From: Parcubacteria group bacterium
Lineage (GTDB): Bacteria; Patescibacteriota; Minisyncoccia; Minisyncoccales; UBA10102
Length of the DNA: 64,000 nucleotides
Direction: 5' to 3'
Assembly: GCA_016203945.1 (NCBI GenBank)
Contig: JACQLT010000003.1
Coordinates: 10,958-74,957 of the forward strand
Shown: positions 27,494 to 37,431 of the stretch, piece after piece
Numbering within the stretch: position 1 is the stretch's first letter
Layout of the letters: each line of letters begins with the position of its first letter
Program-made: the position numbers and the translations under genes
The notes under the pieces: generated by a model
Seen by the model: the letters and a program-made list of their open reading frames with translations, nothing else
The model's database searches: none
Told to the model about the DNA's origin: nothing

Positions 27494-27544
27494 AGGTTTT
27501 TACCACAGTTAATCCCGCAACGAATTCTGGAGATAGGGGAGTGG

Positions 27545-28486
27545 TCACTTCAATTCTTTGCCTCCGTGGAATTTCTTATGCACCTCGCGAAGCTTTTGGC
27601 TCGTGACATGGGCGTAGATCTGGGTTGCGGTAATGCTTTTGTGGCCTAGGAACTCCTGGATGGTGCGGAGGTCTACTCCTTGAGAGAGGAGGTCTGTGGC
27701 AAAGGTATGGCGCATGACGTGCGGCGTGGTAAATGAAGGGATGCCGGACATCACGACATACCGCTTGAGGGACTTCTGGATAGAACGGGGAGTGAGGCGG
27801 TGGGGGTCTTTGCCTTTGCCTCTATAGGCCACAAAAAGGGCATCATGGTTGTCTTTTCTAGCCTGGAGGTACTTGGAAAGCCAGGAAAGCGCGCGGGCCG
27901 AGAAATAGACGGTCCTAGTCCTTCCGCCCTTGCCCCTGATGCTTACCTCGAGTTCTTCCGCTCCGGGCCGTATCTTAATCTGGTCTTGATCCAATGCTAC
28001 GAGCTCTGATATGCGCATTCCTGTGGAAAAAAAGGTCTCAATAATAGCCCTGTCGCGCAATCCGTGGAATGTTGAGGTATCTGGCGCGTCAAGGAGCTTT
28101 TGGAGCTGTTCTAAGGTGAGAAAGCGGATCTGCCTGTCTTCTTTATCTTTTGCAAGCTTTATGTTCTCTGAAGGGAGAGAAAGGATATTGTGATTCGCAA
28201 AATAGTTCAAAAGAGCCCGGAGCGCTATAAGGTAGTAGTTCTGTGTGGACTTTTTGAGCTGTTTGCCAGAACTGCGGGAGAGGAAGACCCGATAGTCCCA
28301 GACGTGTTGGGGAGTGAGCTCGTGGGGTTTGAGACCTCCTAGATTATTCGCTTTCAGCCAGTCCAGAAACTTTTTGAGAAATCTTCCGTAATTTTCCTGC
28401 GACTTGGAGGATAATCCCTTTTCTATATCTAACCAGTCCAAAAACTCCGTCAGGTACTGGGGAATGGGTTTTTGACTCTGCTCCAT
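27545..28486 (-). CDS. Tyrosine recombinase, XerC/XerD family
   Basis: N-terminal SAM-like domain, and a catalytic region HVMRHTFATDLL...LGHKSITATQIYAHV. Confidence 0.85.
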   Translation of the reverse strand: MEQSQKPIPQYLTEFLDWLDIEKGLSSKSQENYGRFLKKFLDWLKANNLGGLKPHELTPQHVWDYRVFLSRSSGKQLKKSTQNYYLIALRALLNYFANHNILSLPSENIKLAKDKEDRQIRFLTLEQLQKLLDAPDTSTFHGLRDRAIIETFFSTGMRISELVALDQDQIKIRPGAEELEVSIRGKGGRTRTVYFSARALSWLSKYLQARKDNHDALFVAYRGKGKDPHRLTPRSIQKSLKRYVVMSGIPSFTTPHVMRHTFATDLLSQGVDLRTIQEFLGHKSITATQIYAHVTSQKLREVHKKFHGGKELK

Positions 28487-28745
28487 ATACCGATACGCTT
28501 AAGTATAATTATGCGAACCTCTATATATCTACAATATGCCATCCCCTAGGTAGGGGTGTCAAGTACCCTTGCTTCGACAAGTACCCAAGTGCCTTTTGTG
28601 TGGTATGGTAGATATATGAGGCTCACAAAAAGAACTGAGGCACGCCGTATATACAGCACTTCGCCTCGAGCAAAGCGTCTGGAGGGAAAGGTTAAAAACG
28701 TCGGGATTCGGCCAAAGCGTAAGCAGCCGAAGTCCAGGTAGAGAG

Positions 28746-29090
28746 TTACGGGATCAGGGTCTTGAAGCGCTCCCAGAGACCCTGGAAGCCTCCTTGGGAC
28801 TCAAGTTCGGTCTGGAGCTCCCGAGACAGCTCTTCCTTTTCTTTTTCCAGTTCGGGCTCAATGCGCCACCATACGTACTTTGTCCACAGATCTCGGGCAA
28901 TGATCCACACCTTGTTCAATATCGGCAGCAATTCCTGATTCCATACTTGTTGCATAGCTCGGGGAAGGGCGAGAAGGATCTGCTCTACCACTCCCTTTGC
29001 CTCGTCCAGGGTCTGCGGTGGCATAATGAGACCGGAAGACGCGATCATCCCTGCCATCATCACTCCCCCGAGCAATGTTTTTATATTCAT
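28746..29090 (-). CDS. Hypothetical membrane-anchored/secreted 114-aa protein
   Basis: Hydrophobic N-terminus. Its start overlaps the gltX stop. Confidence 0.5.
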   Translation of the reverse strand: MNIKTLLGGVMMAGMIASSGLIMPPQTLDEAKGVVEQILLALPRAMQQVWNQELLPILNKVWIIARDLWTKYVWWRIEPELEKEKEELSRELQTELESQGGFQGLWERFKTLIP

Positions 29091-30514
29091 CGCAGTTTTT
29101 TTCTTGCAGACGCTACACGTTCCAGTGTTTCTTTTTTTCCAAGTACCGTAGCCACCTCAAAGGGTCCCGCAGAAGCTTCCTTTCCCGTCAAGGCAACTCT
29201 CATGGGCCAAAGCCACACTCCCCTACTCCCTTGTCTCTCTGCATGTGGCATAACAATTGTTTCTATGATTTCTTTGTTCCAATCTTTTTCTTCAATTGAC
29301 TGCAATACTGTCGCAAGCTCCTGAAGGGCCTTTGATATGTCTTTCTTGGAAACGTCTTTCCAGACAAGTAGGTCGGCCGAATATTCCGGCTTCTTGAAAA
29401 AGAAATCTAAAAGTTCTGGAACTTCGAAAAGTTTTTTGATGCGTTCCTGGTACAGCCGCACCATGGGTTCTACCGTTTTAAGAGAGGCGTCTGCGACGAG
29501 TCCAGCTTCCTTCAGATATGGTATGGAAAGCTCAGATAATTTCTGGAGGGACATCTGCCTGATGAAAAACGCATTTATCCATTCCAGCTTGCGTAGCTGC
29601 AACATGGCTCCTCCTTTCTGCACGCGTTCCAGGGAGAATTCTTTGATGAGGGAAGACAAAGAGAAGATTTCTTTTTCTGTTCCGGGATTCCATCCCAAGA
29701 GCGCCAAGAAATTGATGATTGCTTCAGCGAGATATCCTTGTTTGCGGAAATGCGCGATTGAAAAGTCGCCATGGCGCTTTGAAAGCTTCGTCCGGTCTTC
29801 CCCAAGAATGAGGGGCAGATGGGCGTACAGCGGCCGTTTGAGCCCCAGGGCTTCTTGCAAGAGGATTTGCTTTGGGGTGTTGGAAATATGGTCTTCCCCT
29901 CGGATGACGTGAGTGATATCCATGGCTGCGTCGTCCACCGTGGCAGAAAAGTTGTACAGGGGCGTTTCCCAGTCCTTTGCCACGACGATATCCCCCATCA
30001 AGCCGGTATCAAACTCAATGTTTCCCCGTATGAGGTCGTGAAACTTCACTTTGCGGGGTTCTAGTGCGAATCGGATGACCGAAGGCTCCCCGTTCTTCTG
30101 CCTTTGTTCCGCCTCCTCTGCTTTCAATGCTCTGCATTTGCCGCTGTATTTGGGTGTCTCTCCCCTGCTTATCTGATCCTGGCGCAGGGCTTCCAACTCG
30201 TCTTCCGTGCAAAAGCAATAGTAGGCTTTTCCCTTTTGGAATAGGGTTTGCAGTGCCTCTTTGTAGATATCAACTCGTTCTGACTGGCGGAAAGGGCCTT
30301 CGTCCCATGCGAGTCCGAGCCATGTCAGGTTTTCCAAGAGATCCTCTTCCCATCTCTTTTCCGAGCGCTCTTTGTCCGTGTCTTCAATGCGCAAAAGAAA
30401 AACGCCGCCCTCTTTTCTTGAAAACAGGTAGTTGAAGAGAGCGGTTCTCGCGTTCCCCATGTGCAGGGGCCCCGTAGGAGATGGAGCGAATCTGGTGCGA
30501 ATACCAGTTGCCAT
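29087..30514 (-). CDS. gltX: Glutamyl-tRNA synthetase
   Basis: RFAPSPTGPLHMGNARTALFNY and KLSKRHG. Confidence 0.95.
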   Translation of the reverse strand: MATGIRTRFAPSPTGPLHMGNARTALFNYLFSRKEGGVFLLRIEDTDKERSEKRWEEDLLENLTWLGLAWDEGPFRQSERVDIYKEALQTLFQKGKAYYCFCTEDELEALRQDQISRGETPKYSGKCRALKAEEAEQRQKNGEPSVIRFALEPRKVKFHDLIRGNIEFDTGLMGDIVVAKDWETPLYNFSATVDDAAMDITHVIRGEDHISNTPKQILLQEALGLKRPLYAHLPLILGEDRTKLSKRHGDFSIAHFRKQGYLAEAIINFLALLGWNPGTEKEIFSLSSLIKEFSLERVQKGGAMLQLRKLEWINAFFIRQMSLQKLSELSIPYLKEAGLVADASLKTVEPMVRLYQERIKKLFEVPELLDFFFKKPEYSADLLVWKDVSKKDISKALQELATVLQSIEEKDWNKEIIETIVMPHAERQGSRGVWLWPMRVALTGKEASAGPFEVATVLGKKETLERVASARKKLR

Positions 30515-30526
30515 GGGTTCACGCTA

Positions 30527-31654
30527 TCACGCTGTCTTGAGATATTCAACTAAGACGCGAGCAGCTATATTCGCGGCTTCCGGCCGTGCGAATGACTTGG
30601 CGGCTGCCGCCATTTTCTGCAGTTCTTCTGTATGGCTGAACAGGTACCTGAGCTTTTCTAGGAAGAAGCGCGGGGTAAGGTTTGATTCTTCCAATACGAG
30701 AGCGGCTCCAGTTTGGGCGTACCGGTACGCGTTGCGCACCTGGTGGTTCTGGGCAGATTCTGGAAGCGGCACCAGAATGGCGGGCTTTCCTAAGGCCGCC
30801 AGTTCAAATATGGTGGCGGCTCCCGACCTGCTAAGGATAAGGTCTGAGGCCGCGTACGCGTGCCGCAGGTCGGTCTCCCGCATGAAAGACACCACATGAA
30901 AGTATTTCTCCATGGCAGGATTGATGACAACCGCGGCTTCTTTACGCACCTGGTCCGCGTTCTTGAAGCCCGCCTGGTGGATAATCTCAAAGTCGGAGAG
31001 CAGATCGTCCAAAGAAGCCAGGATCATGTCGTTCATGCGCTGAGACCCTTGCGACCCGCCGAGGACCAGGAGTACCGGCTTGTCTCCCACGAGGTTGAAG
31101 ATTGAAGTTGCCTCCTCCTTGCTTCCAGTCAGCATCTCTCTGCGCACGAAGTTTCCGACATGCATTACTTTTGAACTCTTGAAGTCGGGGGTTTTGGGAT
31201 ATGAAGTGAATACCTTGAGCGCAAAGTGCGAAGCAAAGACATTCGCCCTTCCCGGCACGGCGTCTGATTCGTGAAGAAATACCGGGACTCCCAGCATTCT
31301 GGCTGCGATCGTTATCGGCAAGGCCCCGTATCCTCCTTTACTGAAGACGACATCCGGAGAGAAGAAGAAGATCTTCCAGAAGGCCTGCATAATTCCTATC
31401 GGCATTTTGACGGCCATATCCAGGATGTTCTCAAGAGTCGGAAGAATTCCTCCGTATCTCCGGATTTTGCCCGCCAACACCGTGCCGGTCGCAATTCCCT
31501 CATGGGACAGGACGAGCTTTGCAAATTCGTCCTTGGGCCCCAGGTATAGGAACTTCAGATCTTTTGCAGGCACGACACGCCTCAGTTCCCGGATAAGGGC
31601 CACGAGCGGCACGACGTGTCCTCCAGTTCCTCCTCCCGTAAGCAAGATTTTCAT
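30527..31654 (-). CDS. murG: Lipid II synthase MurG
   Basis: KILLTGGGTGGHVVPLVAL, with a GT28 C-terminal domain. Confidence 0.93.
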   Translation of the reverse strand: MKILLTGGGTGGHVVPLVALIRELRRVVPAKDLKFLYLGPKDEFAKLVLSHEGIATGTVLAGKIRRYGGILPTLENILDMAVKMPIGIMQAFWKIFFFSPDVVFSKGGYGALPITIAARMLGVPVFLHESDAVPGRANVFASHFALKVFTSYPKTPDFKSSKVMHVGNFVRREMLTGSKEEATSIFNLVGDKPVLLVLGGSQGSQRMNDMILASLDDLLSDFEIIHQAGFKNADQVRKEAAVVINPAMEKYFHVVSFMRETDLRHAYAASDLILSRSGAATIFELAALGKPAILVPLPESAQNHQVRNAYRYAQTGAALVLEESNLTPRFFLEKLRYLFSHTEELQKMAAAAKSFARPEAANIAARVLVEYLKTA

Positions 31655-32775
31655 GTTTTTTGTTCTCTCGAAGCGTTAAGCAATAATCCGATGGCGATAA
31701 GCTCTGATACAAGGGCAGATCCCCCATAGCTCACGAAAGGCAAGGGAATGCCGGTGAGCGGAAGAATGCCAGCTAGAGCTCCGATGTTCACGAAGGCCTG
31801 TATAGAAATCCAGGAGACGATGCCGACGGCAAGAAGTTGCGGAAACCTGTCTTTAATCGCGGCAGCTATGAAATAGCCACGGAGCGCGAACGCAAGAAAC
31901 AGCAGGACGAAAAGTGAGGCTCCAATAAACCCCGCCTCTTCTGAAAATACGGCAAAGATGGAGTCCGACATGGGCTGCGGGAGAAAGCCGAATTTCTGCA
32001 CGCTCAGCCCGAGTCCTCTTCCGAACAATCCTCCTGACCCGATGGAAATGAGCGCCTGCTTGATCTGATATCCGCTTCCCAGGGGATCCAGCGAGGGATC
32101 AAGAAATGTCTGGATGCGGGCCATTCGGTATGGGGCAACCTTGATCAGCAAGAGGACGGCCGCTATCCCCAGCCCTCCAAGAGCAAGGATGTGCGAGATC
32201 GGAGTTTTTGCTGAGAAATACATAATGCTGGCAATCAGGGCGAGAACAATGAGGGTGCCGAGGTCCGGTTGGGCGATGAGAAGGAGGGCCGCCACTCCCA
32301 GGATAGCAAGAAAAGGAAGCAGCGTCTGCCAGAATTCCGGGCTCTTCCCTTTTCCGAAATTCCTTTTCTCCATTCTGGAATCCAGCCAGGCCGCAAGATA
32401 AATGATAAAAGCGAGCTTGAAGAGCTCGGATGGTTGAAATGAGAATGAGCCGAGGAGTATCCATCTGCTGGCTCCCCCGCTCGCCCCTCCGACAACAGGG
32501 AGAAATACGGCTCCCATGGCAGCCAGGCTCCCCAGGAGAAGCAGAGGGCTTTTTTTCTTCAAAAGTTTCAGGGAAAACATGTATGCAATGCCTCCCAGCA
32601 CTAATCCCGGCAGAAGGCCAAAGAGCAGCTGATGGTTCAAAAAGAACAGCGTGCTCCCTGTCTTTTGACGAGAGAACGAAGCAGAAACGCTCGCCAGGAC
32701 GAGAATGCCAAGGAAGACCAGGAGTACGATGGTTGCGACAAGAACAAGATCCGGTTTATTTCTTTTTTTTTGCAT
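31651..32775 (-). CDS. ftsW: SEDS protein FtsW
   Basis: 10-TM FtsW/RodA family protein (SDSIFAVFSEEAGFIG, LPFVSYGGS). It sits between murD and murG. Confidence 0.9.
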   Translation of the reverse strand: MQKKRNKPDLVLVATIVLLVFLGILVLASVSASFSRQKTGSTLFFLNHQLLFGLLPGLVLGGIAYMFSLKLLKKKSPLLLLGSLAAMGAVFLPVVGGASGGASRWILLGSFSFQPSELFKLAFIIYLAAWLDSRMEKRNFGKGKSPEFWQTLLPFLAILGVAALLLIAQPDLGTLIVLALIASIMYFSAKTPISHILALGGLGIAAVLLLIKVAPYRMARIQTFLDPSLDPLGSGYQIKQALISIGSGGLFGRGLGLSVQKFGFLPQPMSDSIFAVFSEEAGFIGASLFVLLFLAFALRGYFIAAAIKDRFPQLLAVGIVSWISIQAFVNIGALAGILPLTGIPLPFVSYGGSALVSELIAIGLLLNASREQKT

Positions 32776-34027
32776 ATTTCATCACGTATCGTTTAAACTG
32801 ATCTCCGCGATCTTTGAAATCTCTGAACATATTGAATGAGGCCGATGCCGGGGAAAGCAAGCATATATTCCCTTTCGGGGTGTGCGCGTAGCTTAGGCGT
32901 ACCGCCTCTTTCATGTCTGAAGCAATACAGTGAGAAATGTTTTTTCTTACATCCCGGAGGATCTTCTTGCCAGTATCCGGAAATAGGATGAGGAGGCGAA
33001 CGCTGCTTTTTTCAATCTCATGGGCAAGTTCTCGGTACGACAGTCCCCTATCCAGCCCTCCTGCGATCAAAGTATGCGGGTGTAGCTTCTTGAGGGCAGC
33101 ATATGTTGCCGCAGGATTTGTTGCAGCGGAATCGTTCACGAACGTAATGCCTCGAAATGTTCCAACCGGCTCCATCCTATGAGCAAGCGGCTTGAATTTC
33201 CTGATGGCAGCAGCCACCCCCGTTTTAGAAATGCCGAGCAATTTGCCGACGATAACCGCAGGTTCCGTTGCCGCCACCCATGCTATTCCAGACCGAGATT
33301 TTTCTATTCTTTTCTTTCTAGTAAATGGAATCTTCCTTCCTTTGGAGAGCCGGGCAAGACTTGCCGCGTTTCTGTTCTGAGCGTCATATATGACGATGTC
33401 TCCCTTTTTTTGGAACCTGGCAATGTTTGATTTTGCTTTCAAATATTCTTTCAGGGTTCCGTGGCGATCCAAATGCTCTGGAAACACGTTGAGAATTATT
33501 GCGATATGCGGACTTTGCTCGAGATCTGCCAGCTGAAAGCTTGAGAGCTCGTATACGAAAACGTCCCCCTGTTTTGCTTTTTGCAGCAGAGAGAGCGAAG
33601 GAGTCTCAATATTGCCCACCAGAAAGGCGCGCCTCCCCGCTTCTTTGAGTACGCCGTATATAAGCGAAGATGTTGTGCTTTTACCTTTTGTTCCTGTGAC
33701 GCCTATGATGGTTCCGGGGCAGTTGGCAAAGAACAGGGCGGTTTGTGACGTGGCCCTTTGGCCGTTCCGCATGTATGGTTTTATCTTCCAGAGCGGAATG
33801 CCCGGAGATCGCACCAAAACATCATACTTTGGGATCGCCCTAAGGTAATTTTTGCCCAAATGCCATATGACGCGTTTCTTACGACCGTGAGAAACGCGGT
33901 ATTGCTCATCTGCAACTCCGAAGCGCTGCTCTAGAAATTTTTTCCTCAAAAACAAAAAAGTGTCTTTCCCTTCTCTTCCAAACCCGAGGATAAGAATTGA
34001 TTTGTTTTTGAGCTCTGAAAGCAGCAT
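32756..34027 (-). CDS. murD: UDP-MurNAc-L-Ala:glutamate ligase MurD
   Basis: GVTGTKGKSTTSSLI P-loop and Mur ligase domains. Confidence 0.9.
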   Translation of the reverse strand: MLLSELKNKSILILGFGREGKDTFLFLRKKFLEQRFGVADEQYRVSHGRKKRVIWHLGKNYLRAIPKYDVLVRSPGIPLWKIKPYMRNGQRATSQTALFFANCPGTIIGVTGTKGKSTTSSLIYGVLKEAGRRAFLVGNIETPSLSLLQKAKQGDVFVYELSSFQLADLEQSPHIAIILNVFPEHLDRHGTLKEYLKAKSNIARFQKKGDIVIYDAQNRNAASLARLSKGRKIPFTRKKRIEKSRSGIAWVAATEPAVIVGKLLGISKTGVAAAIRKFKPLAHRMEPVGTFRGITFVNDSAATNPAATYAALKKLHPHTLIAGGLDRGLSYRELAHEIEKSSVRLLILFPDTGKKILRDVRKNISHCIASDMKEAVRLSYAHTPKGNICLLSPASASFNMFRDFKDRGDQFKRYVMKYAKKKK

Positions 34028-34091
34028 TCTGCATACAGGATATCACAGGTTTTGCCCAAAAAAAAGTAGGGCCCGAGGAGGTCCTACATGA

Positions 34092-35393
34092 CTAAGTCAA
34101 GGAATTTTTGAGAATACGCGCAAGCGCAGGAGGAACGAGGTTGCGTTTGTTCCACGAACGCAGAATTTTATTCGCTTCCCTAGTATCCTTAGTCCGATCA
34201 AGGATGGAAAGGGCGGCGTTGACCTCTTCTGAGGTGCCGACGCACTCGAAAGGCTTGAATCCCCTCTCCCCCGTGAGCTGGCCCATGAGAGGCGCGAGAG
34301 ATTTGTCCTTGAGAAGATTCTTGTTGAAGATTCTTTCTAGGGTTTTTTGCGCGACGAACGGAGAAATAATAATGTAGGTAAACAAGCATTTAGGGCATCT
34401 GCCGCACCACGTTTGGGCCCTAGTTTTTCGAGCGTTATTGCAGCTCATGAATACCGAGAAATATTTTGGAAAGCAGCTAAAGATTTTTGCGATCTGCAGG
34501 TCAGAAAGCGGTCGCAAAAAACTGAAATACTCAAGGTCTTGCAAAAGAAACTGCTTGGAATATCGGCGAAATCGTTTCTCAAAGTCAAAGCTTTTTGAAT
34601 ATTGATGGTTTATCGTATTCCCGAGATATCGCACGTTCCCTTCGTTTGAGCTCTTTTCGTTTGAGACCGCGACGAACCTGTAATCAAAGAGCGCTGCCAC
34701 AAGCGCGCCGAGAAACGCAAGATAAGCTGAGAACGGCGTGTGCCCGTTCAAAAATCCTTTCCTGTTGAGCTCAAGGAGCTTTGGGTCAATCGTGCGCAGG
34801 ACCGTGATTGGGGATTTCCCCCCCGCTCTTTTGATGATGGCCAGTTGCGGCTTTTTTGGATTAAGGACAAAGGGCCGGACATCCATGCGCTTTAAGAGCT
34901 CAAGGGTTACCGCAGAATCTTTTCCTCCTCCCACCGGCACTAATATTCTATTTTTTAAGCGGAAAGAGTGTTTTGCCGAAGCGAAGGCGAACACTTTTTC
35001 CGCTGTAATGGCAAGAAAGTTTTTCTTGGTAAAATCGATCTTATTCTGATAAAAGAACTCTCCGAGGCCCCGCACGAAAAGATTCTTCCACCAGGCAAGC
35101 TGTCGTGCATCCAAAGTTTCATCCTGCACGATAATTTGAGGGCTGCAAGTTGCCTTCCAATAGCTGGGCAGTTCCATCATGCCAAGATGAAATACAAGAT
35201 TATTGAGAGCGCTCTTCCCCACTCTCTTGAGATTTTTTTCTCCTACATTTTTTATGAGAGCTTTGGGAGTAAACCGAATATCGGGGGGAACCCTAAAGTC
35301 AAATGAGACGTGCAGGTCCCCTCCCTGGAGCTTGTATGAATATCCTTTGTAGAAAAACTTGGGATAGCGCGTTCTGAGTTGCGAGATGGTCAT
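34092..35393 (-). CDS. PP-loop (adenine-nucleotide alpha-hydrolase-like) ATPase embedded in the mur operon; possible MurL-type epimerase
   Basis: VPVGGGKDSAVTLELL PP-loop-like motif and a C-terminal WCGRCPKC cluster. The protein is 433 aa and its start overlaps the mraY stop. Confidence 0.6.
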   Translation of the reverse strand: MTISQLRTRYPKFFYKGYSYKLQGGDLHVSFDFRVPPDIRFTPKALIKNVGEKNLKRVGKSALNNLVFHLGMMELPSYWKATCSPQIIVQDETLDARQLAWWKNLFVRGLGEFFYQNKIDFTKKNFLAITAEKVFAFASAKHSFRLKNRILVPVGGGKDSAVTLELLKRMDVRPFVLNPKKPQLAIIKRAGGKSPITVLRTIDPKLLELNRKGFLNGHTPFSAYLAFLGALVAALFDYRFVAVSNEKSSNEGNVRYLGNTINHQYSKSFDFEKRFRRYSKQFLLQDLEYFSFLRPLSDLQIAKIFSCFPKYFSVFMSCNNARKTRAQTWCGRCPKCLFTYIIISPFVAQKTLERIFNKNLLKDKSLAPLMGQLTGERGFKPFECVGTSEEVNAALSILDRTKDTREANKILRSWNKRNLVPPALARILKNSLT

Positions 35394-36499
35394 CCGAGTA
35401 GGCGTATTGCAATGCCGGCTATTGCCGTGACAATGCCGATGACCCAGAAGCGCATGGTGATCTGGAAGTGCGGCCAGCCGATTGCCTCAAAGTGATGATG
35501 AATAGGGGTCGCAAGAAACACTTTGCGTTTCAGGAACTTTTTTGAGAAGAACTGTATGATCGCAGAGCCCGATTCCAGTACCAGGGGAAACCCGATGATC
35601 GGGAGCACGAGCACGGAATCTGTAAGAAAGGCCACGACCGTGAGGGTTGCTGTTAACCCCATCATGCCCGCTTCCCCCATATAGAACTTGGCAGGAGGAA
35701 TATTAAACCAAAGAAAGGCCAATATGGTTCCCACGAGCGCGATGCAGAAGGCAGCTAAGTCAATCTGGTGCTGAGCGAAGGCAATAACCGCATATGCTCC
35801 GAATATAGAGGCAAAGGTTCCTCCCGCAAGGCCGTCTAAGCCGTCTATGATGCCGCCAGAATATGTGGCGAGCATGACGATAAGGAAGATGGGAATGTAG
35901 AGCCAGCCGAGCTGAATATCCCCTCCTCCTGGAATGTGCAGAGTGCTCCATCCGAGCTTCTCGTAGAACCACCATGCTCCTGTCAATCCAATAAGGGCGA
36001 CAAGAAGGAGGCGATATCGCAGACTCAGACCAGCCCCGTATTTTTCCATGAGAGGCCACAGGCGTTTCAGTATCTTGTGGGAAGGGGTGACGATCACTTG
36101 GAGAATATCGTCTACAAATCCGACAAAGCCGGCTGCGAGTAGGGTCGCCACCGGGAGCCAGGTTTGCGAGCGGCTCAGAAAATTGAACGATTCCAACGGC
36201 CAGACGCCGGCTTTTTCAAGCAGGAAGAAGAGGAAGGCGAGAAACGGAGGTACGAGCCACACGAGCAATCCGCCCAAGCGTGGAACAGAGGTTTCTCCTT
36301 CCGTGTGGAATTTTTGGAACACCGGCAGAGCTCCCCCACCCAAAGCTTTTGTCCTTACTTCTTTGCGCCAGAGCTTGTGGCGCACAAGGAATGAGAGCAG
36401 GGAGGGAGCCAGCAGAAAGGCGACCAAGAATCCCGTGGTTCCGGCGAGCGCTATCTTTATCACGCTGAATGAAAGAGAGGATATCATGTGATTCACCAA
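35390..36499 (-). CDS. mraY: Phospho-MurNAc-pentapeptide translocase
   Basis: Polytopic protein with GFVDDILQV, IDGLDGLA and the HHHFE motif. Confidence 0.95.
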   Translation of the reverse strand: MVNHMISSLSFSVIKIALAGTTGFLVAFLLAPSLLSFLVRHKLWRKEVRTKALGGGALPVFQKFHTEGETSVPRLGGLLVWLVPPFLAFLFFLLEKAGVWPLESFNFLSRSQTWLPVATLLAAGFVGFVDDILQVIVTPSHKILKRLWPLMEKYGAGLSLRYRLLLVALIGLTGAWWFYEKLGWSTLHIPGGGDIQLGWLYIPIFLIVMLATYSGGIIDGLDGLAGGTFASIFGAYAVIAFAQHQIDLAAFCIALVGTILAFLWFNIPPAKFYMGEAGMMGLTATLTVVAFLTDSVLVLPIIGFPLVLESGSAIIQFFSKKFLKRKVFLATPIHHHFEAIGWPHFQITMRFWVIGIVTAIAGIAIRLLG

Positions 36500-37431
36500 A
36501 TATAGCCGTCATGCGTCCAGTCAACAAGCTTGCGCATTTCCCCAAAGCGGTCTCCCGTTCCCAGGATGACGTTGACGGTGTACCCTTTGTTCTTGGGGCT
36601 CTGCAGGAGAAGGATGAGGGTTCCTTGCGCCAGGTCTGTCTGGCCGGTCTTTCCTCCGAGAACCTTGGTGCGCCAGCCGTTTGAGTGCACGAATTCATTC
36701 GTGTTGACGTAGGGGCCGAATTCGGGAAGCACGAGGATCTTGAACACCTCGGGATGCTCCCGCTTTATGAACACGGCGAGCTCGGCAAGATCTTTGGCGC
36801 TTGAGAGGTTCGGCAATTTCTCAGGATTCTCCGGATCAAGGCCGTTCGGATTTACGAACAAAGTGTTCGTCAGCTTCAGGGTGTCTGCCCGATGGTTCAT
36901 GCGGTTGATGAAGTGCTCTTGCCCGATGTGCTCAGCTAAGGCTGTTGCCGCGTCATTGCTTGATTCTAAGAGCAGAGGGTACAACATCTCCTGCACGGAA
37001 AGCGTCTGTCCCTTTAAAAGCTTTCCCTGATCCCCTTCTTCTGCGAGAGCTTTGGCGCTTACGAGGATTTGCTCCTCTGGGCCGTAGGATTCCAGAGATA
37101 CGAGAGCCGTCATGAGTTTCGTGAGAGAAGCGATCGGAAGCGCGCGATCCTGGTTTTTTGCGAATAGCACCTGCCCCTCCCTTCCCGGAACAACAAGAAA
37201 GCTGAATGCGGCTGCAGCTCGGATATCGGGAGCTGCGACGCCGGATTTTAGCGTCGGCCGGATTTCCTCAAGCTGTTTTTGCAGAGCGTCTGCAGAGGAA
37301 TCTGCCGACAGGCGAGCTAACTCATGCCAGAAGAACAGATCCTTAAGCATGGAAATTCCCGTGCCCACAAGAAACCACAGGGCAAAGCTTGTGAGGCAGG
37401 CTCCAAGGAATATCTTCGTATTGCGCGTCAT
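36493..37431 (-). CDS. D-alanyl-D-alanine carboxypeptidase (peptidase S11)
   Basis: SxxK (ASLTK), SxN (SSND) and KTG (GGKTGQT) motifs, with an N-terminal TM. Confidence 0.85.
   Translation of the reverse strand: MTRNTKIFLGACLTSFALWFLVGTGISMLKDLFFWHELARLSADSSADALQKQLEEIRPTLKSGVAAPDIRAAAAFSFLVVPGREGQVLFAKNQDRALPIASLTKLMTALVSLESYGPEEQILVSAKALAEEGDQGKLLKGQTLSVQEMLYPLLLESSNDAATALAEHIGQEHFINRMNHRADTLKLTNTLFVNPNGLDPENPEKLPNLSSAKDLAELAVFIKREHPEVFKILVLPEFGPYVNTNEFVHSNGWRTKVLGGKTGQTDLAQGTLILLLQSPKNKGYTVNVILGTGDRFGEMRKLVDWTHDGYIW

Noticed and set aside
28556-28741. A 61-aa basic ORF that might be a small ribosomal protein.
   Set aside because: It does not match L34, L35, L36 or S21 signatures from memory, and it has a GTG start without an SD. 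It is left unannotated.
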